A stretch of 64,000 bases of DNA from the NCBI GenBank assembly GCA_038233355.1, contig JBBSMD010000001.1, positions 1,047-65,046 on the forward strand. Reading direction: 5' to 3'. Below, piece after piece: positions 42,779 through 51,545 of this stretch (its first letter is position 1; each line of letters begins with the position of its first letter). The translations under genes and the position numbers were made by a program. Source of the stretch: Propionibacteriales bacterium. Lineage in GTDB: Bacteria > Actinomycetota > Actinomycetes > Propionibacteriales > Nocardioidaceae. A model generated the notes under the pieces. The model saw nothing but the letters and a program-made list of their open reading frames with translations. It was not told the DNA's origin and searched no databases.

Positions 42779-44557
42779 TCAGCGGCGCACATGGTCTCGG
42801 AACCCCCGACCGCTCTTGCGCCCGAGGTAGCCAGCCGTCACCAGGTGCTCGAGCAGCGGTGCCGGGGCGAAGCCCGGCTCGCGGAACTCCTCGTACAAGG
42901 AGCGCTGGATGGCCAGCGCCACGTCGTTGCCCACCACGTCGAGCAGCTCGAAGGGCCCCATCGGCAGCCGGCAGCCCTCCTTCATGGCGGTGTCCACCTC
43001 GTCGGCGGTCGCGTAGTGCATCTCGAGCATGCGTACGGCGTCGTTGAGGTAGGGGAACAGCAACGCGTTGACGACGAACCCCGCCCGGTCGCCGCAGGAG
43101 ACAGCGGTGCGGCCCAGGACGGCGACGAACGCGCGCGCGGTCTCCGCCACGTCGGGGTCGGTGGTGACGGTCGACACCACCTCCACCAGCCGCATCCGTG
43201 GCGCGGGGTTGAAGAAGTGCAGCCCGACGACGTCGCCGGGGCGGCTGGTGGCGCTGGCACACTCGATGACCGGCAGCGAGCTGGTGGTCGTGGTCAGAAT
43301 CGCCTCGGGACATGTCTGGTCGAGCTGTGCGAACAACGCCTTCTTGACCGGCAGCGACTCGGCGACCGCTTCGACGACGAGGTCGACGCCGCGCAGGTCG
43401 TCGAGGTTGGCGGTGCCGGTGAGCCGGCTCAACGCGTCGCCCCTGGCCGCCTCGTCGAGATCCCCCCGCTCCACGGCCCGGTCGAGCGAGTGGGCGACGG
43501 CGGCCGCGAGGGTGTCGACCTTGTCCTGCGTGCGACCGACGTAGACGACGTCGAAGCCGCCGCGCGCGACGACCTCGACCACTCCGGTGGCCATCGTGCC
43601 GGTGCCGACCACTCCGACCCGACCGACCGGGCGCCGCAGCCGCGGCTCCTGCTGGCGACCAGGCGTCTCCGCGTCGTCGACGACCACCGGGGAGTCGGGC
43701 GCCTCGTAGGTGTAGAAGCCGCGGCCGGTCTTGCGACCAAGCAGGCCAGCGGTGACCATCTGCTTCAAGACCGGCGCCGGCGCGTGCAGCCGGTCGCGGC
43801 CTTGCCGGTACATCGTCTCGAGGATCTCGTACGCCGTGTCGAGCCCGATCAGGTCGAGCAGCGCCAGTGGCCCCATCGGGTAGCCGCAACCGAGCCGCAT
43901 CGCGGCGTCGAGGTCCGCACGGGTGGCGTAGCGGCTCTCGTACATCGACGCGGCGTGGTTGAGGTAGCCGAAGAGCAGCGCGTTGGCGATGAAGCCGGCC
44001 CGGTCCCCCGCGACCACCGGGTTCTTGCCCAGCTTGCTGGCGAGGGTTAGCACGTCCTCGACCACCTCGGGGTCGGTGACGACGGTGCGCACGACCTCGA
44101 CGAACGCCTGCACCGGGGCGGGGTTGAAGAAGTGCAGCCCGACCACTCGGTGCGGGTGCGACGTGGCGGCCGAGATCTCGGTGACCGACAGCGACGAGGT
44201 GTTGGTGGCCAGGACCGCGTCCGCGGCGACGACCTCGTCCAGGGTGGCGAAGACCGAGCACTTCAGGTCCAGCCGCTCGACGATCGCCTCGACCACCAGC
44301 TGGCATCCGGCCAGGTCGGCCAGGTCGGTCGAGATCGTGATGCGCTCCATCAGCGACAGCTGCGCCGACTCGTCGAGCTTGCCGCGCTCGACCGCCCGGT
44401 CGGTGGAGTGCCGCACGTGTCCCAGGCCGCGCTCGCACAGCTCGTCGGTGCGCTCGACCCCCACCACGTCATAGCCGTGCCGCGCGAACACCTCGGCGAT
44501 GCCGGCCCCCATCGTGCCCAGTCCGACGACGCCGACGCGGGTGAAATCGCGGGTCAT
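42779..44557 (-). CDS. tandem double 3-hydroxyacyl-CoA (3-hydroxybutyryl-CoA) dehydrogenase
   Basis: 592 aa made of two complete Hbd modules. Each has a Rossmann motif (GLGTMGAG / GTGTMATG), NTSS/TTSS, GLHFFNPAP and a C-terminal GRKxGRGF. Start moved from 44677 to ATG at 44557. Confidence 0.88.
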   Translation of the reverse strand: MTRDFTRVGVVGLGTMGAGIAEVFARHGYDVVGVERTDELCERGLGHVRHSTDRAVERGKLDESAQLSLMERITISTDLADLAGCQLVVEAIVERLDLKCSVFATLDEVVAADAVLATNTSSLSVTEISAATSHPHRVVGLHFFNPAPVQAFVEVVRTVVTDPEVVEDVLTLASKLGKNPVVAGDRAGFIANALLFGYLNHAASMYESRYATRADLDAAMRLGCGYPMGPLALLDLIGLDTAYEILETMYRQGRDRLHAPAPVLKQMVTAGLLGRKTGRGFYTYEAPDSPVVVDDAETPGRQQEPRLRRPVGRVGVVGTGTMATGVVEVVARGGFDVVYVGRTQDKVDTLAAAVAHSLDRAVERGDLDEAARGDALSRLTGTANLDDLRGVDLVVEAVAESLPVKKALFAQLDQTCPEAILTTTTSSLPVIECASATSRPGDVVGLHFFNPAPRMRLVEVVSTVTTDPDVAETARAFVAVLGRTAVSCGDRAGFVVNALLFPYLNDAVRMLEMHYATADEVDTAMKEGCRLPMGPFELLDVVGNDVALAIQRSLYEEFREPGFAPAPLLEHLVTAGYLGRKSGRGFRDHVRR

Positions 44558-44700
44558 GACGCTCCTGGTCGGCAGGTGGTGGACGGCGGTCGACGCGGGC
44601 GGCGCCGACCGTCGAAGTCTGCCACGAGGCACGGACGCGCCGGCGCCCTCCCAGCGAGCGTCTGCTGTGCCGACCACCCCGGCTCGCTACCCTGCCGCTC

Positions 44701-45378
44701 GTGCGCCTGCTCGTCGCGCGTTGCCAGGTCGACTACACCGGCCGCCTCACCGCCCATCTGGCACCCGCCGTGCGCCTGCTGCTCGTCAAGGCCGACGGCT
44801 CGGTCCTGGTGCACTCCGACACCGGGGGCTACAAGCCGCTCATGTGGATGGCGCCGCCGTGCACGTTGCGCGTAGCGACCGCGAAGGACGGGGTCGAGGA
44901 GTGGACCGTCGCGGCGGCCAAGACCGACGACACGCTGCGGGTGCTGGTGCACGAGGTGCTGCACGACTCCGCACACGAGCTCGGCGTCGACCCCGGCCTG
45001 GTCAAGGACGGCGTCGAGAAGCACCTGCAGGAGCTGCTGGCCGAGCACCCGGCCACCCTGGGGGCCGGCCTGACCCTCGTCCGGCGCGAGTACCCCACCG
45101 CGATCGGCCCGGTCGACCTCGTGTGCCGCGACGTCGACGGGGCCACCGTTGCGGTGGAGGTCAAGCGCCGAGGCGAGATCGACGGCGTGGAGCAGCTCAC
45201 CCGCTACCTGCGTCTGCTCGACCGAGACCCGCGACTGGCCCCCGTACGCGGGGTCCTCGCCGCCCAGGAGATCAGGCCGCAGGCCCGCGCCCTGGCCAGC
45301 GACCGGGGCATCGCCTGCGTGACGCTCGACTACGACACGCTGCGGGGCACCGACGACGGCGCCCTACGGCTGTTCTGA
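44701..45378 (+). CDS. nucS: endonuclease NucS (EndoMS), non-canonical mismatch repair nuclease
   Basis: 225 aa. [16 protein letters not shown].., [32 protein letters not shown] start. Confidence 0.92.
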   Translation: MRLLVARCQVDYTGRLTAHLAPAVRLLLVKADGSVLVHSDTGGYKPLMWMAPPCTLRVATAKDGVEEWTVAAAKTDDTLRVLVHEVLHDSAHELGVDPGLVKDGVEKHLQELLAEHPATLGAGLTLVRREYPTAIGPVDLVCRDVDGATVAVEVKRRGEIDGVEQLTRYLRLLDRDPRLAPVRGVLAAQEIRPQARALASDRGIACVTLDYDTLRGTDDGALRLF

Positions 45379-45466
45379 GCAGCGCCGCGCACGGTCGTCT
45401 CGCGGAGTTGGTACCCCAGCCGGACCGGACAGCTACCGGTCTCGCGCCGCCGCCGCGACGGCTAGC

Positions 45467-46075
45467 GTGCACGGCATGGCTTCGTCCCCGCGTTGGTTCA
45501 CCGATCACGGCCCAGACCATGCCCAGTGGTACGTCGAGCGCTTCCGAACCATGGCGCACGACGGGCTCGACCTGGCCGGCGAGGCCCGGCTGGTCGACGC
45601 GATGCTGCCGCGCGGCGCGCGTGTCCTCGACGCCGGCTGCGGTCCGGGCCGGGTGGGTGCCGAGCTGGCCGCCCGCGGGCACGACGTCGTGGGCGTGGAC
45701 GTCGACCCGCAGCTGATCGCCGCGGCGCGCGAGGACCATGCCGGACCCACCTGGCTGGTGAGCGACCTCGTCGAGCTGGACCTGCCCGCGCGCGGGCACC
45801 CTGCGCCGTTCGACGCGGCCGTCCTCGCCGGCAACGTCATGCCGTTCCTCGCGCCGGGCTCCGAGGGTGCGGTGCTGGGCCGGGTCGCCGCGCACCTGCG
45901 CGACGACGGCTTCGCCGTGGTCGGCTTCGGCACGGGTCGTGGCTACGAGCTGACCGCCTTCGACCGAGACCTTGCCAGCGCCGGGCTCCTCCTGGAGCAC
46001 CGGTTCGCCACCTGGGACGTGCGGCCGTGGCACGACGAGGCCGACTTCTCCGTCAACGTCCTCCGCCGCCACTGA
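45467..46075 (+). CDS. class I SAM-dependent methyltransferase
   Basis: 202 aa. Motif I VLDAGCGPGRVG. Start at GTG 45467 or ATG 45476. Confidence 0.8.
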   Translation: MHGMASSPRWFTDHGPDHAQWYVERFRTMAHDGLDLAGEARLVDAMLPRGARVLDAGCGPGRVGAELAARGHDVVGVDVDPQLIAAAREDHAGPTWLVSDLVELDLPARGHPAPFDAAVLAGNVMPFLAPGSEGAVLGRVAAHLRDDGFAVVGFGTGRGYELTAFDRDLASAGLLLEHRFATWDVRPWHDEADFSVNVLRRH

Positions 46076-46111
46076 CCGCCAGCCTCCACCCGGCGTACCC
46101 CGCCCCGTCCA

Positions 46112-46162
46112 GAGTTGTCACCGCGTACGGGGGGCTCGGGCGCGTTCACGCGGTGACAACTC
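46112..46162. repeat. 15-bp perfect-stem hairpin element (TGTCACCG core), copy 2 of 3
   Basis: gagttgtcaccgcgt (46112-46126) pairs with acgcggtgacaactc (46148-46162). The 21-nt loop contains GGGCTCG. Confidence 0.9.
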
Positions 46163-46173
46163 AACGCGGGCAC

Positions 46174-46221
46174 AGTTGTCACCGCGTACGAGTGCTGGGG
46201 CGCCTGCACGCGGTGACAACT
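46174..46221. repeat. 14-bp perfect-stem hairpin element (TGTCACCG core), copy 3 of 3
   Basis: agttgtcaccgcgt (46174-46187) pairs with acgcggtgacaact (46208-46221) across a 20-nt loop. Lies 62 bp from copy 2, between the convergent methyltransferase and DAAO genes. Confidence 0.9.
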
Positions 46222-46241
46222 CGCAGCGGTGGGCGAGACGG

Positions 46242-47219
46242 CTAGCGCAGACCGTCGACCAGCGCCGCTACCTCCAGCGCACACCCCCAGCTCAGCGTCA
46301 CCCCGGCTCCCCCGTGGCCGTAGCAGTGGACGACCGGTGCAGCGCCCTCGCGGTACTCCGGCTCGAGGCGTACGGCCGGTCGCGCCGGCCGCAGGCCGAC
46401 CCGGTGACCGGTCAGCCTGGCCTCGCACAGCACCGGCACCAGACGGGCGGCCCGCTCGAGCACGGCCGCGGTCACCGCGGGGTCGGGCACGGTGTCCCAC
46501 TCTCCGGCCTCCGCCGTGCCGCCCACGACGACGTCGCGCTCCCGCGGGACGATGTAGGTGAGGGCACTGCCGCCGTCGTCGAGGGCGTCCTCGTCGAGCC
46601 ACACCCGGTCGACCTCGGCTCCCACCAGCCGGGCCACCTGCCCGCGGACCGGCACCAGCGTGGTGTCACCGGTAAGCGCCCGCGCCGCCAGTCCCGCCGC
46701 GTTGACCACGACGTCGCCGCCGGCGGGCAGGGCGGACAAGGCCGACCTGGTCAGCGTGCCGCCCGCCCGGTTCAGGCGCTGCACCAGGTACGGCAGGTAG
46801 ACCGACGTGTCGGCCACCGGCGCCGCGAACGACCACGCGCCGGCGTACCCGGGCGGCAGCGCGTCCGGCGTACGCGCGGGGGTGCCGGCCGCCTCGACGA
46901 CCCGCAGCGAGGGCACGGACGGCGCCCACCAGGGGCTCGGTTCCCGGTGCCGCAACAGCTGCACCGACTCGCGCACCCGCACACCGGACCCGGGTTCGGA
47001 GCCGGCGAGGCGGGTGAGCTCCCCGTACGTCGTCGCGGCCCACGAGCCAACCCGTTCCCGGGGCTCGGCGAGGTAGGGGTACCACCAGGCGGCCGCGACC
47101 GCCGAGGTCGTCTCCAGCGGCAGATCCCGGGCGAGCACGTGCACGTCCTGACCCGACTCGGCGAGCGCCACGGCGCAGGACAGGCCCACCACCCCGGCAC
47201 CGACCACCACGATCCGCAC
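46242..47219 (-). CDS. FAD-dependent oxidoreductase, D-amino-acid oxidase family
   Basis: 325 aa. IVVVGAGVVGLS, AAAWWYPY, HCYGHGGAGVTLSWGCA. Confidence 0.85.
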   Translation of the reverse strand: MRIVVVGAGVVGLSCAVALAESGQDVHVLARDLPLETTSAVAAAWWYPYLAEPRERVGSWAATTYGELTRLAGSEPGSGVRVRESVQLLRHREPSPWWAPSVPSLRVVEAAGTPARTPDALPPGYAGAWSFAAPVADTSVYLPYLVQRLNRAGGTLTRSALSALPAGGDVVVNAAGLAARALTGDTTLVPVRGQVARLVGAEVDRVWLDEDALDDGGSALTYIVPRERDVVVGGTAEAGEWDTVPDPAVTAAVLERAARLVPVLCEARLTGHRVGLRPARPAVRLEPEYREGAAPVVHCYGHGGAGVTLSWGCALEVAALVDGLR

Positions 47220-47287
47220 GTGCGCCAGTGTGCCGCGCCCGGAGGCGTCTCGTCAGGCTCGGTCAGTGGCCCCAGCCCCGCTCGGCC

Positions 47288-48337
47288 TCAGTCACCGGTC
47301 TCCGCCCCGGGCCGCTCGGCCCACGGCAGCTCCTCCCCCGAACGGACGGACACCAACCGGTCACCGGCTCTCAGCTGGGTGACCGAGGGGTCGAAGAAGC
47401 GGTGCACGACGCCGTCGCGCACCACGGCGATCACCTGGTCACCACAGCGCTGCGGTGACTTGCCCACCTCACGCGGCTGCACGTCGCGCTCGGCCACCTC
47501 GAGCCCCTGCCCGCTGGTGAGCAGGTCCTCGAGCACCTGCCCGAGCGCCGGGCTCACCGACGACAGCCCCAGCAGGCGCCCGACCGACTCCGAGGACGTC
47601 ACCACGCCGTCGGCCCCGCTCTGGCGCAGCAGCGGTACGTTCTGCTCCTCCCGGACCGCCACCACGATCTGGGCGTCGGGGTTGGCCGCGCGCGCGGTCA
47701 GCGTGATCAGCACCGCCGCGTCGTCCCGGTCGGCGGTGACGATCGCCTGCTCGGCCGTGTCCATGGCGGCGCGCAGCAGCACGTCTCGCCGGGTGCCGTC
47801 CCCGACCACCACGGCCAGACCGTCCTGGCGGGCGTCGTCCACCGCGGCCGGTGAGTTGTCGATCACCACGATCCGCTCCGGGGCGAGGCCGTTGTCGCGC
47901 AGTGTCTGCACGGCACTGCGCCCCTTGGTGCCGTACCCCACGATGACGATGTGATCGCGCATGCGCTTCCTCCAGCGGACGGCCCGCCACTGCTCGGCAC
48001 CCTGGCCGGCGAGCACCTCGAGGGTGGTGCCGACCAGGGCGATAAGGAACAAGATCCGCATCGGGGTGATGACGATCGCGTTGAACAAGCGAGCACCGGG
48101 TGTGACCGGCACGATGTCGCCGTAGCCGGTCGTGGTGATGGTGACGGTCGCGTAGTAGATCGAGTCGATCAGGCCGACCCTGCCGTCGGCATTGTTGTCG
48201 GTGTAGGAGTCGCGGTCGAGGTAGACGAGCGCCACGACGGCGAGAAGCAGCGCCAGGCCGATCATCATCCGCAGACGCAGGGCGCGCCACGGCGACGTGC
48301 TGCCCGCCGGGAGCTGGACGAAGGTTGCGTCGGCCAC
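47288..48337 (-). CDS. two-TM potassium channel with RCK/TrkA-N and TrkA-C domains
   Basis: 349 aa. Selectivity filter TTTGYGD, Rossmann motif IVIVGYGTKG. Confidence 0.88.
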   Translation of the reverse strand: MADATFVQLPAGSTSPWRALRLRMMIGLALLLAVVALVYLDRDSYTDNNADGRVGLIDSIYYATVTITTTGYGDIVPVTPGARLFNAIVITPMRILFLIALVGTTLEVLAGQGAEQWRAVRWRKRMRDHIVIVGYGTKGRSAVQTLRDNGLAPERIVVIDNSPAAVDDARQDGLAVVVGDGTRRDVLLRAAMDTAEQAIVTADRDDAAVLITLTARAANPDAQIVVAVREEQNVPLLRQSGADGVVTSSESVGRLLGLSSVSPALGQVLEDLLTSGQGLEVAERDVQPREVGKSPQRCGDQVIAVVRDGVVHRFFDPSVTQLRAGDRLVSVRSGEELPWAERPGAETGD

Positions 48338-48370
48338 GCTCAGACTCTAGGCGCCGACCGGACGTGGGGT

Positions 48371-48405
48371 GTTCATCCGCGCGGCGGGAGACCGCGCGGA
48401 TGAGC
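48371..48405 (-). terminator. strong hairpin downstream of meaA
   Basis: 12-bp perfect stem tcatccgcgcgg / ccgcgcggatga with a 7-nt loop, extendable by 2 bp. Located 10 nt after the meaA stop. No U tract. Confidence 0.55.
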
Positions 48406-48414
48406 TCGAATGGC

Positions 48415-50451
48415 TCAGCCGTGGCGCTCGTCCGCGTGCGTCGGGGGCGGGTGCGCCGGGAGCCCGTACGCGCGCCGGATGACGTCGACGATGTGCCCGA
48501 TGATCTCGGTGAGGCCGAAGTCCTTCGGCGTGAACACCGCCGCCACGCCGAGCTCGCGCAGCCGGCGCGCGTCCGCGTCCGGCACGATCCCGCCCAACAC
48601 GACCGGGACGTCTCCCGCGCCGGCCGCACGAAGGCCGGCGAGGACGGCGGGCACCAGTGCCATGTGCGACCCGGACAGGATCGAGAGCCCGACACAGTGG
48701 ACGTCCTCGGCGACGGCCGCGGACACAACCTGTTCGGGCGTGCGGCGGATCCCCTCGTACACGACCTCGAAGCCGGCGTCTCGGGCGCGTACGGCGACCT
48801 GCTCGGCGCCGTTGCTGTGTCCGTCGAGGCCGGGCTTGCCGACCAACAGCCGCAGCCGTCCACCCAGCTCGGCGCCGGTGGCCTCGACCAGCGCGCGGAC
48901 CTGATCCAGGTCCGGGCCGGCGGCAGTGCTGGCCACCGTGCCGGTCACTCCGGTCGGTGCGCGAAACTCGCCGAACACCTCACGCAGCGTGCCGGCCCAC
49001 TCCCCCGTCGTGACACCCGCGCGTACGGCCGCGAGCGTCGCGGGCATCAGGTTGGTGCTCGTCTTCGCGTCGTCGGTGAGCCGCTGCAGCGCCTGCTCGA
49101 CCGCGGCCGGGTCACGCCGGTCCACCCACTCCTCGACCGAGCGGCGAGCCATCACCTCCGCTTGCGGGTCCGGCTGCTGGACGGCGAGGTCGAGATCGGC
49201 GGTCAGCGGGGACGGCTCGGTCTGAGTGAACGCGTTGACGCCGACCACGACCTCGGTGCCGTCCTCGATGCGGGCGCGACGCTCCGCGTGTGAGCACACC
49301 AGCTCGTGCTTGAGGTACCCCGACTCCACGGCCGCGACGGCGCCGCCCATCGCCAGGACGCGGTCGATCTCGGCGCGCGCACCGGCCACCAGCTCGCCCA
49401 CCTTGGCCTCGACCACGGCCGATCCGTCGAAGAGGTCCTCGTACTCGAGCAGGTCGGACTCGAGGGCGAGCACCTGCTGCAAGCGCAGGGACCACTGCTG
49501 GTCCCACGGACGCGGTAGCCCGAGCGCCTCGTTCCAGGCCGGCAGCTGCACGGCTCTGGCCCGGGCGCTCCGGCTGAGCGTGACCCCCAGCATCTCGAGC
49601 ACGATGCGCGCGACGTTGTTCTCCGGCTGGGCCTGTGTCAGACCCAGCGAGTTGACCTGCACCCCGTAACGGAACCGGCGCATGCGCTCGTCGGACACGC
49701 CATACCGGTCTCGGGCGAGCTCGTCCCACAGCTGCACGAAGGCGCGCATCTTGCACATCTCCTCCACGAAGCGCACACCTGCGTTGACGAAGAACGACAC
49801 GCGCCCGACCACCTGGCCGAAGTCGGGTGCGGCGACCTGGCCGCTGTCGCGGACCGAGTCCAGCACCGCGATGGCCGTGCAGAGCGCGTACGCCAGCTCC
49901 TGCACGGTGGTGGCGCCGGCCTCCTGCAGGTGGTAGCTGCAGACGTTGATCGGGTTCCACCGCGGCACGTGCGCCACGGTGTACGCGATCAGGTCGGTGC
50001 TGAGCCGCAGCGAGTGTTGGGGCGGGAACACGTACGTCCCGCGCGAGAGGTACTCCTTGATGATGTCGTTCTGCGTGGTCCCGGCCAGCTCCTCCGGCGC
50101 CACGCCCTGCTCCGCGGCGACCACCTGGTACATCGCGAGCAGCCACATCGCGGTGGCGTTGATGGTCATCGACGTGTTCATCTCGCCGAGTGGGATGCCG
50201 TCGAAGAGCCGGCGCATCTCACCGAGGTGCGGCACGGGCACGCCCACCTTCCCGACCTCACCTCGGGCGAGCACGTGCCCGGGGTCGTACCCGGTCTGCG
50301 TGGGCAGGTCGAAGGCGACCGACAGGCCGGTCTGTCCCTTGGCGAGGTTGCGCCGGTAGAGGGCGTTGGACTCCGCCGCCGAGCTGTGGCCGGCATACGT
50401 GCGCATCACCCAGGGGCTGTCGGTGGACCGGTGCGCGGGCTCGTGGGCCAT
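48415..50451 (-). CDS. meaA: ethylmalonyl-CoA mutase type protein (MeaA), fused substrate and B12-binding domains
   Basis: SPWVMRTYAGHSSAAESNALYRRNLAKGQTGLSVAFDLPTQTGYD. C-terminal B12 domain with GLDGHSNG (DxHxxG). Start moved from 50538 to ATG at 50451. Confidence 0.85.
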   Translation of the reverse strand: MAHEPAHRSTDSPWVMRTYAGHSSAAESNALYRRNLAKGQTGLSVAFDLPTQTGYDPGHVLARGEVGKVGVPVPHLGEMRRLFDGIPLGEMNTSMTINATAMWLLAMYQVVAAEQGVAPEELAGTTQNDIIKEYLSRGTYVFPPQHSLRLSTDLIAYTVAHVPRWNPINVCSYHLQEAGATTVQELAYALCTAIAVLDSVRDSGQVAAPDFGQVVGRVSFFVNAGVRFVEEMCKMRAFVQLWDELARDRYGVSDERMRRFRYGVQVNSLGLTQAQPENNVARIVLEMLGVTLSRSARARAVQLPAWNEALGLPRPWDQQWSLRLQQVLALESDLLEYEDLFDGSAVVEAKVGELVAGARAEIDRVLAMGGAVAAVESGYLKHELVCSHAERRARIEDGTEVVVGVNAFTQTEPSPLTADLDLAVQQPDPQAEVMARRSVEEWVDRRDPAAVEQALQRLTDDAKTSTNLMPATLAAVRAGVTTGEWAGTLREVFGEFRAPTGVTGTVASTAAGPDLDQVRALVEATGAELGGRLRLLVGKPGLDGHSNGAEQVAVRARDAGFEVVYEGIRRTPEQVVSAAVAEDVHCVGLSILSGSHMALVPAVLAGLRAAGAGDVPVVLGGIVPDADARRLRELGVAAVFTPKDFGLTEIIGHIVDVIRRAYGLPAHPPPTHADERHG

Positions 50452-50592
50452 GGCCGTGATGGTAGGGCGGTGCCGCCACCCGCGGCGGCCGTCGTGAGCG
50501 GACTCACCCGCTGACTGCGGTTGGTGCCACACCGCCATGCCGGCGCCGGTTGGCCGGCCAGACGCAGGGGGACCCCTACTCGGGTGCGACAG

Positions 50593-51000
50593 CTACGACG
50601 GCAGCGACGGCAACTCGGGTCCGACGGTGTCCTGGGTCACCAGCACCCGGTTCAGGCGCGTGACCGCCAGTGCCCGACGCAGTTGCGGCTGACAGCCTAT
50701 GAGCACGAGCCGCCGGTCGGCGAGCCGCAGCCGGCGATGCATCGACGTCAGCAGGGCGAGCCCGGTGACGTCGACCCACTCGAGGCCCGAGCAGTCGAGC
50801 CAGAGGTCAGCCTCGCCGGCGCCGACGAGGGGGGCGAGCGCCTCGCGGGCCGCCGCGACCGAGGTGGCGTCGAGCCGGCCACGCAGGCAGAGCACCGCCG
50901 GAGTCTCCGCTGCCGGGGCCGGCCCGGGGGCGGGCTGGGCCACCGGGTCGTCGCGTGCGTACGAGGTGCGCGCCGCCGCGCCCGCCACGGTGCTGGTCAT
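50593..51000 (-). CDS. STAS-domain protein (anti-sigma-factor antagonist family)
   Basis: LRGRLDATSVAAAREAL..LWLDCSGLEWVDVTGLALL. Start moved from 51066 to ATG at 51000. Confidence 0.7.
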   Translation of the reverse strand: MTSTVAGAAARTSYARDDPVAQPAPGPAPAAETPAVLCLRGRLDATSVAAAREALAPLVGAGEADLWLDCSGLEWVDVTGLALLTSMHRRLRLADRRLVLIGCQPQLRRALAVTRLNRVLVTQDTVGPELPSLPS

Positions 51001-51160
51001 CGGCTCTGTCCCCTGTCCCGGCCCCGCCCGGACCACGAGGCGATTGTTGCTTGTGTGATCGTACACTCACTCTAAGTGACCTCTACGAGTCGCGGATCGG
51101 GCCGTCCTGCGCGACACTGTGCTCGTGTTGGCTACGAGCGCCGTGGAGGGGGCCGATCGG

Positions 51161-51517
51161 ATGATCGCGCTGCCCATTCCCGCGGCGGGCACGTCGCTGG
51201 CGGACTACTTCGTGGTGCCGCTGTTCGGGCTGCTCGCCGTGGCGCTGCTCGTGCTGGTGCTGCGGTGGTCGCACCAGCCGGCCAAACCTGCCATCGACGA
51301 CCGCACTGCGGGCGGTGCCTCGGTCGGTCAGCACGGGCTGCTCGTGCCCGTGGTCAGCGTCCCCGACGAGGCGCAGGCTCGGGCCAAGGTCGCCCAGCTG
51401 ACCGCCCTGGGCATCCGCGCCACTGTCTCACCCACCCGAGCAGAGCATTTGGTCCTGGTGTGGCCCTGGCAGGCGCAAGCCGCCCGCGACTACCTGTCCC
51501 GGCACAGCGGCCGGTGA
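51161..51517 (+). CDS. hypothetical membrane-anchored protein (one TM, C-terminal DUF2007-like segment)
   Basis: MIALPIPAAGTSLADYFVVPLFGLLAVALLVLVL.. then ..EAQARAKVAQLTALGIRATV. GTG at 51119 is an alternative start. Confidence 0.5.
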   Translation: MIALPIPAAGTSLADYFVVPLFGLLAVALLVLVLRWSHQPAKPAIDDRTAGGASVGQHGLLVPVVSVPDEAQARAKVAQLTALGIRATVSPTRAEHLVLVWPWQAQAARDYLSRHSGR

Positions 51518-51545
51518 ATCCGCAGCGCGCTCTAGGCTGCTGACC

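Noticed and set aside
50452-50592. Possible cobalamin riboswitch in the meaA leader (also considered for the IcmA-like leader at 33283-33459).
   Set aside because: I could not find the B12-box core or the conserved GCCACUG-type element. B12 riboswitches normally control B12 synthesis, uptake or B12-independent isozymes, not B12-dependent mutases. A cmscan run would settle it.
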